The notes below the pieces were generated by a model. It did no database searches. It saw nothing but the letters and a program-made list of their open reading frames with translations, and was not told the origin of the DNA. A program made the position numbers and the translations under genes. A DNA stretch of 64,000 nucleotides from NCBI GenBank assembly GCA_016788185.1, contig JAEUTF010000185.1:1805-65804 (forward strand). The letters are read 5' to 3'. The DNA comes from Bacteroidia bacterium. GTDB taxonomy: Bacteria > Bacteroidota > Bacteroidia > AKYH767-A > OLB10. Shown here one piece after another: positions 63,668-64,000 of the stretch (position 1 is the stretch's first letter; each line of letters starts with the position of its first letter).

Positions 63668-64000
63668 ATGCAAGATCAAAAACTAGTTCGCCGCTCCAAA
63701 ATACGTTCCCGTATCCGCAAGACCATCAAAGGGACTCCGGAGCGCCCAAGGCTTTCTGTGTACCGCAGTAACAAGGCCATTTATGCCCAGGTAATTGATG
63801 ATACCAAAGGGGTCACCATCGTTGCGGCTTCATCCCGCGAAAGTGGTGTGGATGTTAAAGTCAATAAAGTGGAGCAGGCTCAATCGGTTGGCAAAATACT
63901 GGCCGAGAAAGCAAAAGCGGCCGGTGTGACTTCCGTCGTGTTTGACCGTGGGGGCTACCTCTATCATGGTCGTGTAAAGGCACTGGCCGACGGCGCCCGT
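63668..64000 (+). CDS. rplR: 50S ribosomal protein L18 (partial; 3' end beyond the right window edge)
   Basis: Not in the ORF track because it has no in-window stop. My translation from the ATG at 63668 gives [58 protein letters not shown]...[22 protein letters not shown], which is typical of L18 and in the expected position after rplF. Confidence 0.93.
   Translation, partial: MQDQKLVRRSKIRSRIRKTIKGTPERPRLSVYRSNKAIYAQVIDDTKGVTIVAASSRESGVDVKVNKVEQAQSVGKILAEKAKAAGVTSVVFDRGGYLYHGRVKALADGAR

Noticed and set aside
1-64000. Search for mobile elements, prophage, toxin-antitoxin, restriction-modification or other defence systems
   Set aside because: I saw no transposase, integrase, recombinase, phage structural, nuclease-helicase or small paired-gene signatures in any frame. 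The two SAM methyltransferases sit within glycan operons and lack DNA-methyltransferase motifs (DPPY/NPPY, or PCQ with ENV).

Overview
This 64-kb chromosomal window is almost certainly from a member of the Bacteroidota. The evidence is: several large proteins end in type-A T9SS C-terminal sorting domains; TAnnTTTG -7 promoter boxes sit in front of operons; Shine-Dalgarno sequences are essentially absent; the str-S10-spc ribosomal cluster lacks tuf; DUF4783 lies next to nadC; and ddl, a PASTA gene and rluD are neighbours. Layout: (1) 1-3300, a minus-strand signalling operon of stand-alone FIST sensor, soluble histidine kinase, single-domain receiver and receiver-PAS protein (the last is cut by the window edge). 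(2) A LOG-family gene and uvrA. (3) A 5.8-kb gene for a 1936-aa protein with 19 tandem PKD domains. (4) Housekeeping genes yihY-like, nadC, DUF4783 and rlmH. (5) A ~19-kb surface-glycan locus (15972-35087) with five glycosyltransferases, a GT-C membrane transferase, two methyltransferases, Wzx, an acetyltransferase, a formyltransferase, a FemAB-like protein, a deacetylase-like protein and two asparagine-synthase-type amidotransferases. (6) A second PKD protein with a T9SS tail. (7) rdgB, an 896-aa tandem-fused double D-Ala-D-Ala ligase, a PASTA protein, an orphan T9SS cargo, rluD, and an SGNH/sialate-O-acetylesterase-like T9SS protein. (8) gluQ and a CoA-transferase. (9) A 650-bp non-coding gap, then rpsL-rpsG-fusA-rpsJ...rplR (rplR is cut by the right edge). 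I saw no rRNA, tRNA, CRISPR array, transposase, integrase or phage gene. I did not find an unambiguous new self-contained system. The most unusual items are the double ddl, the Arn-like / exosortase-locus-like modules inside the glycan locus, the CTD-less and apparently truncated PKD giant, and the split FIST-kinase operon. All family calls come from motif recognition by eye; no searches were run.
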